64,000 nucleotides of DNA from an uncultured Desulfobacteraceae bacterium (lineage in GTDB: Bacteria > Desulfobacterota > DSM-4660 > Desulfatiglandales > Desulfatiglandaceae): the NCBI GenBank assembly GCA_964423495.1, contig CAYRFN010000001.1, positions 17,902 to 81,901 on the forward strand. Reading direction: 5' to 3'. Positions 27,348 through 36,789 of this stretch are shown piece after piece; the stretch's first letter is position 1; each line of letters starts with the position of its first letter. The notes below the pieces were generated by a model, which saw nothing but the letters and a program-made list of their open reading frames with translations, was not told the DNA's origin and did no database searches. The translations under genes and the position numbers were made by a program.

Positions 27348-28467
27348 GCAAACAGGAAATTATTTTGGATTAATATTGTTAATTGCTTTTGTCTTGTTTA
27401 GCTTGCATAATGTGCCGCAGTATCTTTTTGCATCAGAATCACCTTATCCTCCAAGCCCTCTGATAAAAGGCATAACCTGGGATCATCCCACCACTATTGT
27501 TCGCAAAGCTTTGGGAAGCGACAACTTTCCTATAACTTGGGCCGATGATGGTAATTTATATACGGTATGGGGCGATGGAGGTGGATTTGGAGGTAGTAAC
27601 ACTGATGGACGTGTTAGCCTTGGTGTGGGACGCATAGAGGGCTCTCCACAGAATTTTGTAGCACACAATATCTCTGGAGGCAAAAATTCAGAAGTAAAGG
27701 CAACGTTCGGGGGAAAATCATACGGAATACTATCAGTAAACAAAACTCTCTATATGTGGGTAGGATCTGGTTCGACCTGGGAAGCCAATAAACAAACAAG
27801 GCTTGCCTGGTCACACGATCATGGGAAAACCTGGCAGTTAAGTGAAGTATTTTTTCGCTATACAGACGGCTTTAGTTCACCTACTTTCCTTAATTTTGGA
27901 TGTGACTATGCTGGGGCACGGGATAAATATGTCTATGTCTATGCGTATGATGCATCCAATGGACCTAAAGGTCCTTATACAAAAGTAAACCTGTCTAGAG
28001 TACCTAAAGATCGAATCAAGAATCGTGCTGCATATGAGTTCTTTAAAGGGAATGATACCATGGGAAGCCCCCTTTGGACGAAAGACGTTTCTCAACGGGA
28101 ACTAGTATTTTTAGATCAACGGGGCGGTGTTTTTATACCATCAGTGAGCTATAATCCAGGGATAGGGCGGTATTTAGCTGTAATACCACACAAGAGGCCT
28201 ACACACCCATATGGAGGCTTGGGAGTTTTTGACGCCCCTGAGCCATGGGGTCCTTGGACAACTGTAGAATATACTGATTCATGGATGGGAAGCAAGCATA
28301 TGTTTTTTGCAACCTTTCCGACCAAGTGGATTAGTCCAGATGGTTCAACTTTGTATCTTGTCTTTTCTGGTTATGGCAAAGACCCAGTTGCCCGTGATGC
28401 TTACCAACACATTAGGGGTATTCTGAATATCTTGGATACTAAAACTCAGACAGTCAATACAAAGTAA
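27337..28467 (+). CDS. Secreted beta-propeller protein with a BNR/Asp-box (sialidase-fold-like, possible glycoside hydrolase)
   Basis: N-terminal signal anchor. The Asp-box SHDHGKTW matches SxDxGxTW. WADDGNLYTVWGDGGG is also present. Confidence 0.45.
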   Translation: MRDKQTGNYFGLILLIAFVLFSLHNVPQYLFASESPYPPSPLIKGITWDHPTTIVRKALGSDNFPITWADDGNLYTVWGDGGGFGGSNTDGRVSLGVGRIEGSPQNFVAHNISGGKNSEVKATFGGKSYGILSVNKTLYMWVGSGSTWEANKQTRLAWSHDHGKTWQLSEVFFRYTDGFSSPTFLNFGCDYAGARDKYVYVYAYDASNGPKGPYTKVNLSRVPKDRIKNRAAYEFFKGNDTMGSPLWTKDVSQRELVFLDQRGGVFIPSVSYNPGIGRYLAVIPHKRPTHPYGGLGVFDAPEPWGPWTTVEYTDSWMGSKHMFFATFPTKWISPDGSTLYLVFSGYGKDPVARDAYQHIRGILNILDTKTQTVNTK

Positions 28468-28489
28468 TCATGGACCTACTTATAAAAAT

Positions 28490-30424
28490 ATGTGTGGAAT
28501 TTGTGGAAAGATAGACCTCTCAGGGGTTACTCGCGAGGAAATACAGCGGATGGCAACTGTTTTAAGCCATCGAGGACCGGACGAGTCAGGTATTTATGTG
28601 GCGCCAAATCATGTGGCTGGCTTAGGGCATCAGAGACTTTCAATTATTGACCTTGAGACTGGTCAACAGCCTATGTCAAATGAAGATGGCACTCTCTGGA
28701 TTACATATAATGGGGAGATTTATAACTTTAAGGAAATTAAAAAAGATCTGGATGAGAGACATAATTTCAAAACAAAAAGTGATACTGAAGTAATATTACA
28801 CCTTTATGAAGAAAAGGGTGAAGAATGTGTAAAATACCTGCGCGGCATGTTTGCATTTGCTATTTGGGATTTGAAGAACAAGAAGCTGTTTATGGCAAGA
28901 GACCATCTTGGACAGAAGCCACTATATTACTATCATGAGGGAGATGACTTTGCTTTCGCATCTGAAATAAAATCTTTACTGGCATTAAAACCGAAATTGC
29001 GAGAACTTGATTGTGAGGCTTTATATGAGTATCTAACTATTAGAATCATAACTCCTCCTCGTTCGATGTTCCGCAAGATTAGAAAGCTTGCACCTGGGCA
29101 TTTACTTACATTTCAGGATGGCAGATTAAAAATAAAGCGATACTGGGATCTAAAATATGAACCAAAGCTTTACAGTGATTTTACTGAGACCTTAATAGAG
29201 TTGGAAAAACAACTTGAATCTACGATTGAGTATCATCTTGTGAGCGATGTTCCTGTTGGCGCTTTTTTAAGTGGTGGTATGGATTCCAGCCTCGTTGTGG
29301 CAATGATGAGCAGGTTCGCTAATGAGCCAATAAAGACTTTTTCGGGTGATGTGCCCTATGAGGACTATAGTGAGATTTCCTATGCCAGAATGGTTTCCAA
29401 CAAGTATGAAACTGATCATCACGAACTTACAATTGTTCCATCTTTGGTTCGTACGTTGCCAGATTTAGTCTGGCACCTTGATGAGCCTTCTGACCCGCTT
29501 TCAGTCTGTATGTACTATATTTCAGAGTTAGCAAGTAAAGGCGTAAAAGTTGTTTTGGGAGGTGATGGCGGAGACGAATTGTTTGGTGGGTACGATCGCT
29601 ATTATGGAAATGTTCTTGTAGATTATTATGCGCTTCTTCCTGATGTTCTTCGTAAGAATATCCTTGAAAGATTAATCAATCTGGTGCCTGAAGGTTTTTG
29701 GTATCGAAGTTTTAGCCATAGACTTAGATGGATGCACCAAATGTCTTTTGGTCATGGAGGGGAACGTTATGCTAAAAGCCTAAGCTATTTTTACTTTTCA
29801 GATGGCTATAAGCAGAATCTCTATACTGATAAGTTTCGAAAAAATGTCGGGCTATTTGACCCTGAGGCTTGTCTTAGGGATTATTTTGATAGTAACAATG
29901 CAGTCGAGCTTATTGACAAGATGCTTTATGTTGATTGCATGACACGAATGCCAGACCATCCAAACATGATTCTGGATAGGATGACTATGGCACATAGCCT
30001 GGAATCTCGGTCACCGTTTTTGGACCACAGGTTGGCAGAATTCTGTGCCTCTATACCGCCCAGTTTTAAGGTTCGAGGAACTAAACGGAGATATATTCAG
30101 GTGGAGTTGGCGAAAAAGTATCTTCCGCCGGAACTAATTTCAAAGAAAAAACAGGGGTTTTCTTCTGCTCTCCCATATATGTTGGCAGGTGAATTTAGAT
30201 TCTTATACAAAATCTTTTTGAATAATTCCCGCTTAGTTAGGGATGGATATTTGAATCAATCAGCTATTGAAAAATTATTATATGCACACCTTAATAAAAA
30301 GGCCGATCATGGAAATAGACTGTGGCTCCTATGTAATGCTGAAGTCTGGTATCGCATGTATATCGAAAACCAAGATAGAGACTCTATCAAGGAATTCCTT
30401 AATTCCAAAATTGTAACTGTTTAG
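28490..30424 (+). CDS. asnB: Asparagine synthase (glutamine-hydrolysing) family amidotransferase
   Basis: MCGICG supplies the N-terminal nucleophile Cys. The PP-loop is SGGMDSS. Length is 644 aa. Confidence 0.9.
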   Translation: MCGICGKIDLSGVTREEIQRMATVLSHRGPDESGIYVAPNHVAGLGHQRLSIIDLETGQQPMSNEDGTLWITYNGEIYNFKEIKKDLDERHNFKTKSDTEVILHLYEEKGEECVKYLRGMFAFAIWDLKNKKLFMARDHLGQKPLYYYHEGDDFAFASEIKSLLALKPKLRELDCEALYEYLTIRIITPPRSMFRKIRKLAPGHLLTFQDGRLKIKRYWDLKYEPKLYSDFTETLIELEKQLESTIEYHLVSDVPVGAFLSGGMDSSLVVAMMSRFANEPIKTFSGDVPYEDYSEISYARMVSNKYETDHHELTIVPSLVRTLPDLVWHLDEPSDPLSVCMYYISELASKGVKVVLGGDGGDELFGGYDRYYGNVLVDYYALLPDVLRKNILERLINLVPEGFWYRSFSHRLRWMHQMSFGHGGERYAKSLSYFYFSDGYKQNLYTDKFRKNVGLFDPEACLRDYFDSNNAVELIDKMLYVDCMTRMPDHPNMILDRMTMAHSLESRSPFLDHRLAEFCASIPPSFKVRGTKRRYIQVELAKKYLPPELISKKKQGFSSALPYMLAGEFRFLYKIFLNNSRLVRDGYLNQSAIEKLLYAHLNKKADHGNRLWLLCNAEVWYRMYIENQDRDSIKEFLNSKIVTV

Positions 30425-30443
30425 CTAAAAAAAGACTGATTAA

Positions 30444-31034
30444 ATGTCGTCTCCATTCGGACATAGTTTGGCTGGATATGTTATCTCTTCCTATAAGTTT
30501 AAAACGCTGAAACCTCAAAATGTAAAACTTTTATTTTTCTATATTTTTATTGCTAATGCACCTGACCTCGATTTTTTGCCAGGATTACTAATAGGTAAGC
30601 CAAATCTATTCCATCATGGAATAAGCCATAGCCTCGGTGCAGGTATCCTATTTTCGCTTATTTTGGCATTTATTATTAACCGCAAGCATCATCAACATAT
30701 TAGGAGAGATTTCCTTTTATTTTTTAGTCTCTATAGTTCTCATATATTTTTAGATTATTTATCCTTTGATAGTAGACCGCCACTTGGAATCCCGCTCTTT
30801 TGGCCTCTATCTAATAAATACTATATATTCCCGCTTTTACCGGGGGTAAGCCATTCATCATTGGATCACGCAACAATAGGAGAGTTCTTAGAAGGAGTTT
30901 TTTCAACTCATAATTTATATGTTATCTCTCTTGAGTTTATAATCATGATTCCCTTTATGTTAATCCTTTTGGTCTCAAATAAATACTTTCATAAGCGAAA
31001 TGAATTGAGCTTGAGACATGAAGTTAAGGAGTGA
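30444..31034 (+). CDS. YdjM/DUF457-type membrane-bound metal-dependent hydrolase
   Basis: His-rich motifs FGHSLAGY, APDLDF and HHGISHSL within a 4-5 TM protein. Confidence 0.6.
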   Translation: MSSPFGHSLAGYVISSYKFKTLKPQNVKLLFFYIFIANAPDLDFLPGLLIGKPNLFHHGISHSLGAGILFSLILAFIINRKHHQHIRRDFLLFFSLYSSHIFLDYLSFDSRPPLGIPLFWPLSNKYYIFPLLPGVSHSSLDHATIGEFLEGVFSTHNLYVISLEFIIMIPFMLILLVSNKYFHKRNELSLRHEVKE

Positions 31035-31061
31035 TCCCGAATTTCGCAAGTGTATCAAGGT

Positions 31062-31093
31062 GTCATTGCGAGAAGCTTTAACAACGAAGAAAA
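31062..31093 (+). repeat. Degenerate copy of the GTCATTGCGA...CGAAG hairpin repeat
   Basis: gtcattgcgagaagctttaacaacgaagaaaat. It accounts for the 'VIARS' N-terminal extension of the 31050 ORF. Confidence 0.45.
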
Positions 31094-31106
31094 TACTGTA
31101 GAAACT

Positions 31107-32963
31107 ATGTCCATAATAACGAAAAAGCCCAAAGGAGGTATAAAAATCAGAAAAGTTGGCATAATCCTGGCTATTATGTTCATTTTGCTGTTAGCAGTGG
31201 GAATAACTGCTATAGCGAGGATGTCAAATGTATTCAATGTAAAAAATTATGGGGTTGTGGGTGATGGATTAACCCTTGACACAGCAGGCATTAATAGGGC
31301 AATAAAGACATGCAGTTCATCTGGAGGAGGGACTGTATATTTTCCTGCAGGCATATACTTATCAGGTTCAATAGAATTCAAGAGCAATATAACGGTGTAT
31401 ATCGATGCAGGCGCGACCATTTTGGGTGCTCCCAACAATATAAATGCTTATAATCTGCCTGAGAAGCTGCCTTTCAGGGCATTTCAAGATTTCGGTCATA
31501 GTCATTGGAAAAACAGCCTTATTTGGGGAGTGAATCTTAAAAATATTGCAGTAATAGGTAATGGTATCATCGATGGAGGTGGTATGGTTACAGGTATTCC
31601 TCCTCCTGGTGGCGGTAATAAGACTATCGGTTTGAAGTTATGTAAGAATATATCAATTACAGACATTACAATAAAGAATGCGGGTCATTTTGCGATACTG
31701 ACTACTGGCTGCGATAATCTAACCATTGATAGAGTCAAAATTGATACTAACCGGGATGGCATAAATATTGATTGCTGCAGGAATGTTATGATTTCTAATT
31801 GTACAATAAATTCCCCACGCGATGATGCAATATGTCTTAAAAGCAGTTATGCATTAGGGTTTATACGTGCAACCGAAGATGTTACGATCACGAATTGTAT
31901 GGTGAGTGGTTACAAGGTAGGTACAATGTTAGACGGAACTTTTCTCGAAAGTAAATACCAAAAGTGCGGGAGAATAAAATTTGGCACAGAGTCAAATGGG
32001 GGATTTAAAAATATAGTCATTTCGAACTGCATTTTCGATAACTGTGTGGGGCTTGCTTTGGAAATAGTAGATGGTGGGACAATGGAGAATATTACCATTT
32101 CCAATATTTCAATGAGAGATATACATAATCCTCCGATATTTATAAGGTTGGGGAATAGAGGAAGGGGTCCTAACAATCCTCCTGTTGGGAAAGTGAGGAA
32201 TATCGACTTAAGTAATATTTTGGTAGAAAGGGCCTGGCCAGGGTGTGGATCCGTTATAAGTGGGATTCCAGGCCATCCGATTGAAAATGTTAGATTAAGT
32301 AATATAAGGATTAAGTGTAAGGGAGGGGGCACAAAGGAAGACGCAAAAATAGTGCCCCCTGAGAAGGAGAAGGCCTATCCTGAGGCTACCATGTTCGGTT
32401 GGATGCCTTCTTATGGTTTTTATTGTCGCCACGTTAGGGGATTAGAGTTTCATAATGTAGAAGCTGGCTTTGAAAAGGAAGATTTGAGGCCAGCGGTGGT
32501 TTGCAGTGATGTAGAAGGGTTAATAATCGATAATTTTAAGGCAGAACGTGCTTCTGAAAATGAATCTCCAATTATCTTAAAGGACGTCAAAGATGTGTTT
32601 GTGTATAACTCTTCAGACTTCCCAGTTGTTGAAGCCCAATACGAACAGATCAAGTTGTCTAAAGAAAAAGTGCGAGTTAATGAACTTTTTTCTGTAACGG
32701 TTCATTTAGCAACTAAAAAAAGTGGCCTTAGCAAGGTGGAACTATTCATTGATTCAAAATTATTTTCAACGGAATATGTATGGTTGAATACCAATTCCCC
32801 AAAGAAGATCAGGTTTTCTAATCTCAGATTAGATATTCCGGGGAAACATGAAGTAAGAGTGGGAGATTTTATGGAGAGGTATTCTTACAGGTGGTGGAAA
32901 AAGATTTTATCAGTTGATTCAATTTGTAAAACAGTAGATGTTGTGTCCATGCCAGAAAAGTAG
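31107..32963 (+). CDS. Secreted right-handed beta-helix glycoside hydrolase, GH28 (polygalacturonase)-like
   Basis: Signal anchor MSIITKKPKGG...AIA, then FNVKNYGVVGDGLTLDTAGINRAI. GH28-like blocks are NRDGINID, RDDAICLKS and RIKFGTE. Confidence 0.75.
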   Translation: MSIITKKPKGGIKIRKVGIILAIMFILLLAVGITAIARMSNVFNVKNYGVVGDGLTLDTAGINRAIKTCSSSGGGTVYFPAGIYLSGSIEFKSNITVYIDAGATILGAPNNINAYNLPEKLPFRAFQDFGHSHWKNSLIWGVNLKNIAVIGNGIIDGGGMVTGIPPPGGGNKTIGLKLCKNISITDITIKNAGHFAILTTGCDNLTIDRVKIDTNRDGINIDCCRNVMISNCTINSPRDDAICLKSSYALGFIRATEDVTITNCMVSGYKVGTMLDGTFLESKYQKCGRIKFGTESNGGFKNIVISNCIFDNCVGLALEIVDGGTMENITISNISMRDIHNPPIFIRLGNRGRGPNNPPVGKVRNIDLSNILVERAWPGCGSVISGIPGHPIENVRLSNIRIKCKGGGTKEDAKIVPPEKEKAYPEATMFGWMPSYGFYCRHVRGLEFHNVEAGFEKEDLRPAVVCSDVEGLIIDNFKAERASENESPIILKDVKDVFVYNSSDFPVVEAQYEQIKLSKEKVRVNELFSVTVHLATKKSGLSKVELFIDSKLFSTEYVWLNTNSPKKIRFSNLRLDIPGKHEVRVGDFMERYSYRWWKKILSVDSICKTVDVVSMPEK

Positions 32964-32993
32964 GTTTTAATATCAATTCAATAATTCAATTTA

Positions 32994-34814
32994 ATGAGGA
33001 TAAGAAAATTGGGAAAACATTATCTTAATACTATTATTGGTTATTTAATTAGTGCATTTTGTTTGTCTATTATATTTGGGATGAGTTATGCTAGTGCTGG
33101 GGATCAGGAAGGTGATGGTAACATAAAGGCTGAATTAGTTTGGTCAGAATCTGATGGTGAGAATTATGAAATCTATTATAGTCGTCTTGAAGGAAATCTT
33201 TGGACCCAAAAGGTTCAATTATCAAATAAAGGTTTTAGAAACATTTCTCCAAGCATTAGTTCTGGAACAGACAATATCACTTGGGTTGTATGGACAGCGA
33301 TTAGTGTTTCCAAAAGCCATCTAATGTATAGCAATTATGATGGAAAGACATGGTCACCTCCGACCCAGATATCAACAAATTTATCGTCAAATACGGCATC
33401 TTCCATTGTTGTGGATGACCAAAATGTTCCATGGATTGTCTGGGCTGGATTTGACGGACAAGATGATGATATTTTCTTCACGAGATGGAATGGGTATGAT
33501 TGGGACGCGCCTCTACGAGTAAATAAAGATGATTCATTGCCAGATATTATGCCTGTTATTAAAATAAATAAAGAGGGCATCCCATGTGTCGAATGGTCAG
33601 GTTATGACGGCGAAAAATATAGGAATTATTCCAGTAAATGGAATGGGACAGGATGGGATGAGGAAATTGAGACAGAAAGTAGTAATTTATATGAATCAAT
33701 CCCCGATCTTCCTGATTTTTTAGATGATGCAGGCACGGCATCTATTCATATTGAAGATGGGCGGGGAATCCAATCAATCCCGCTGAAGGAAATAATTACA
33801 GAATCAGTGAGCAATGATGATTTGGATATGGATTCGGTCAAGGTTCTTAGGCAAGATTCAGGCGATATAGTTTATCTTGGATTTGGTGATAGTATTACAA
33901 GGGGAGTTATACGTTCCGATGGGACTACGGCAAAGGGATATGAGCCGGAATTAGAGGGTTTTATTGATGCAAATTTATGGCCATCACAAGTACTTAACCA
34001 CGGTAAATCAGGAGAAAGAACGAGCAATGGAGTAAACAGACTTGTAACAAAACTCAATACATATTCATTGGATTATGTGCTGCTTTTAGAAGGGACAAAT
34101 GATATTTTAGATGGTGTTTCATATGAAACGACCTTATATAATTTAGGCATAATGGTTGATTACTGTATTAACTATGATGTCAAACCGATTATCGCTACAC
34201 TACCTCCTATGAAGAAAAGTAGCAATAAAGGTGGCTATGTTGATGAAATACCAAATATATATAACCCTGGAATAAGAGATATAGCTAATCAAAGGGGAAT
34301 TTCATTATCTGATCAATATTCGGCATTTGACGGTCGTTGGAATTCATGTTCAGATGATGGTATTCATCCTAATGAAGGCGGATATCAGGTCATGGCACAA
34401 AGATGGTATGAAACAATTTCAGAATCACCACAAGAACCAACTTCACCTGGCGGAGACGACGGTGGAGGTGGAGGAGGTTGTTTTATTGCTACTGCTGCTT
34501 ATGGTTCTTCATTCGGGCCGAACGTAATAGTGTTGAAGGAGTTCAGGGACAGATACTTAATGGTTAGCGGGTGGGGAAAGAGGTTTGTTGAGTTCTATTA
34601 TAGAACGTCTCCTTTAATTGCAAATATTATTGCCAATCATGAATCCCTTAAATTTATTGTAAGAACGGGACTTTATCCTTTGGTGGGTTTTAGTTATGTA
34701 ATGCTGAGCACATCTTTGGAAGAGAGGTTCTTTGCATTTGGCTTTTTTGTCATTTTCATTATCGGGGTTGGTATTGTTTTTGTAAAGGTAAGGTTGAAGG
34801 AGCACAACGAATGA
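32994..34814 (+). CDS. Secreted multidomain protein: W-rich repeats, SGNH/GDSL esterase domain, Gly linker and a [11 protein letters not shown]-terminal anchor domain
   Basis: A signal peptide is followed by four ~45-aa repeats (W..DG...I.F.RW.G..W). SGNH blocks are [15 protein letters not shown] and DGIHPN. The C-terminus reads [16 protein letters not shown] ... terminal TM ... KVRLKEHNE. Confidence 0.75.
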   Translation: MRIRKLGKHYLNTIIGYLISAFCLSIIFGMSYASAGDQEGDGNIKAELVWSESDGENYEIYYSRLEGNLWTQKVQLSNKGFRNISPSISSGTDNITWVVWTAISVSKSHLMYSNYDGKTWSPPTQISTNLSSNTASSIVVDDQNVPWIVWAGFDGQDDDIFFTRWNGYDWDAPLRVNKDDSLPDIMPVIKINKEGIPCVEWSGYDGEKYRNYSSKWNGTGWDEEIETESSNLYESIPDLPDFLDDAGTASIHIEDGRGIQSIPLKEIITESVSNDDLDMDSVKVLRQDSGDIVYLGFGDSITRGVIRSDGTTAKGYEPELEGFIDANLWPSQVLNHGKSGERTSNGVNRLVTKLNTYSLDYVLLLEGTNDILDGVSYETTLYNLGIMVDYCINYDVKPIIATLPPMKKSSNKGGYVDEIPNIYNPGIRDIANQRGISLSDQYSAFDGRWNSCSDDGIHPNEGGYQVMAQRWYETISESPQEPTSPGGDDGGGGGGCFIATAAYGSSFGPNVIVLKEFRDRYLMVSGWGKRFVEFYYRTSPLIANIIANHESLKFIVRTGLYPLVGFSYVMLSTSLEERFFAFGFFVIFIIGVGIVFVKVRLKEHNE

Positions 34815-34852
34815 CCATTTGATAACAAATTTATTTTATAGGAGAAAAAAGG

Positions 34853-35800
34853 TTGAATCTATCAGTAGTAGTCCCTCTGTTCAATGAAGAAAGGAATATT
34901 GATGTCCTATATCAGGAATTGTTAGATATGTTGAATAAGTTGGATCAGGAATTTGAAATTATTTTTGTAGACGATGGAAGTACTGATCGAACTTTTGAGA
35001 TTTTGTCAAAGATACAAAAAGATGATTCAAGGGTTAAAGTAATCAGTTTTCGAAAAAATTTCGGTCAAACTGCTGCATTATCTGCAGGTTTTGATCATGC
35101 CGGGGGAGATATTATTGTCACATTAGACGCAGATTTGCAGAATGATCCCCAGGATATTCCAAAACTGCTGGAAAAATTAAATGAAGGTTATGATCTGGTG
35201 AATGGATGGCGGTTTAATCGAAAGGATCCTTTTCTTACTCGCAGGCTTCCGTCCATTATTGCAAACAAGATAATATCTCTTATCACTCGTGTAACACTCC
35301 ATGATTATGGCTGTACATTGAAGGCTTTCAGGAAGGAAATCACAAAGAATATCAGACTTTATGGAGAGATGCATAGGTTCATACCTGCCATTGCCAGTGG
35401 AATGGGGATATCGATTTGTGAGGTGAAGGTAAATCACCGAGCGAGAAAATATGGAAAGTCCAAGTATGGTATTTCCCGCACAATAAGGGTTATTTTGGAT
35501 CTGATCACAGTTAAATTTCTTTTGAGTTATGCTACTCGTCCGATTCAAGTTTTTGGATTATTAGGGTTTTGTTCTGGCATAATTGGGTTTGTAATTGCAA
35601 TATATTTGACAATACAGCGGCAATTATTCGGGGTGCCATTAGCGAATCGCCCTTTATTACTTTTGGCAATTCTATTGATATTCATAGGGCTACAATTTGT
35701 AACTCTTGGTTTGATAGCGGAACTACAGGCCCGAACGTACCATGAAGCACAGAATAAACCTATTTATGCTATTAGAGTGGTATTGGAAAAGAGAGAGTGA
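34853..35800 (+). CDS. Family 2 glycosyltransferase of the ArnC/GtrB polyprenyl-phosphate-sugar synthase type
   Basis: LSVVVPLFNEE...IFVDDGSTD...LDADLQND, plus two C-terminal TM helices. TTG start. Confidence 0.8.
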   Translation: MNLSVVVPLFNEERNIDVLYQELLDMLNKLDQEFEIIFVDDGSTDRTFEILSKIQKDDSRVKVISFRKNFGQTAALSAGFDHAGGDIIVTLDADLQNDPQDIPKLLEKLNEGYDLVNGWRFNRKDPFLTRRLPSIIANKIISLITRVTLHDYGCTLKAFRKEITKNIRLYGEMHRFIPAIASGMGISICEVKVNHRARKYGKSKYGISRTIRVILDLITVKFLLSYATRPIQVFGLLGFCSGIIGFVIAIYLTIQRQLFGVPLANRPLLLLAILLIFIGLQFVTLGLIAELQARTYHEAQNKPIYAIRVVLEKRE

Positions 35801-36780
35801 AAATAATGATTACATGCAAAATAATGAATCTTGGAAACTATTTAACTATTGCTCGCTTTGATCATTGGTTTAAAAACATCTTTGTTTTGCCTGGGACACT
35901 GATTGCTGCACTTCTTACTCATACTCCAGTCTATCAATTTATATGGCCACTGTTATTCGGTATAAGTAGTACCTGTTTAATTTCATCTGCAAACTATGTT
36001 ATCAATGAATGGCTGGATGCAGAAACTGATCGTTTCCATCCAGTAAAAAAGAATCGCCCATCAGTTAATGGCAAGATAAAATCGCCATTCGTATATGTTG
36101 AATACGCTATTTTTTCAGTTGCTGGCCTAGGTTTTGCTACGCTTATTTCACCATATTTCCTTGCGACCGCAGTTATTTTTTTATTCATGGGTATAATTTA
36201 CAATGTAAGACCCTTACGCACAAAGGACAAAGTTTATCTTGATGTTTTATCCGAATCATTCAATAATCCTATACGGTTGGCACTTGGTTGGTTTGTGGTA
36301 ACCAGCTATCCTATGCCTCCATCTAGTTTGGTGATGGGATTTTGGATGGGGGGTGCTTTTCTTATGGCTGTTAAACGCTATGCAGAATTACGATTCATCA
36401 ACTATTGCAAAAAGGGAGAAAAAGCTCATTTATACCGTCAATCGTTTAATTTTTATAACAATGATAATTTGTTAATTGCATCTTTTTTCTATGCTATCTG
36501 CTCTTTCTTTTTCTTAGGTGTATTTCTAATTAAACACCGCATTGAGTTACTTTTGAGCCTGCCATTTTTTGTTATTCTTTTTACATGGTATTTATACATC
36601 GGCATGAAGCATAATTCACCAACCCAAAATCCAGAACGTCTTTTTAGTGAAAAATTCTTCATTATTTATGTAATATTTCTGGTTAATCTTGTCGGTATAC
36701 TCTCTGTTTTTGAAATATCATGGATTCACTGGTTCTTAAAAGATCCTTTTGAAGCCTATTCTCTTGCTAAAGGTGGATAA
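35797..36780 (+). CDS. UbiA-family prenyl-phosphate transferase, decaprenyl-phosphate phosphoribosyltransferase-like
   Basis: NYVINEWLDAETDRFHPVKKNRPSVNG matches the NDxxDxxxDxxHPxKxxRP signature of DPPR-synthase-type UbiA proteins. The GTG start overlaps the previous stop (GTGA). ATG 35806 and 35824 are alternatives. Confidence 0.7.
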   Translation: MKIMITCKIMNLGNYLTIARFDHWFKNIFVLPGTLIAALLTHTPVYQFIWPLLFGISSTCLISSANYVINEWLDAETDRFHPVKKNRPSVNGKIKSPFVYVEYAIFSVAGLGFATLISPYFLATAVIFLFMGIIYNVRPLRTKDKVYLDVLSESFNNPIRLALGWFVVTSYPMPPSSLVMGFWMGGAFLMAVKRYAELRFINYCKKGEKAHLYRQSFNFYNNDNLLIASFFYAICSFFFLGVFLIKHRIELLLSLPFFVILFTWYLYIGMKHNSPTQNPERLFSEKFFIIYVIFLVNLVGILSVFEISWIHWFLKDPFEAYSLAKGG

Positions 36781-36789
36781 GGCACTGTT

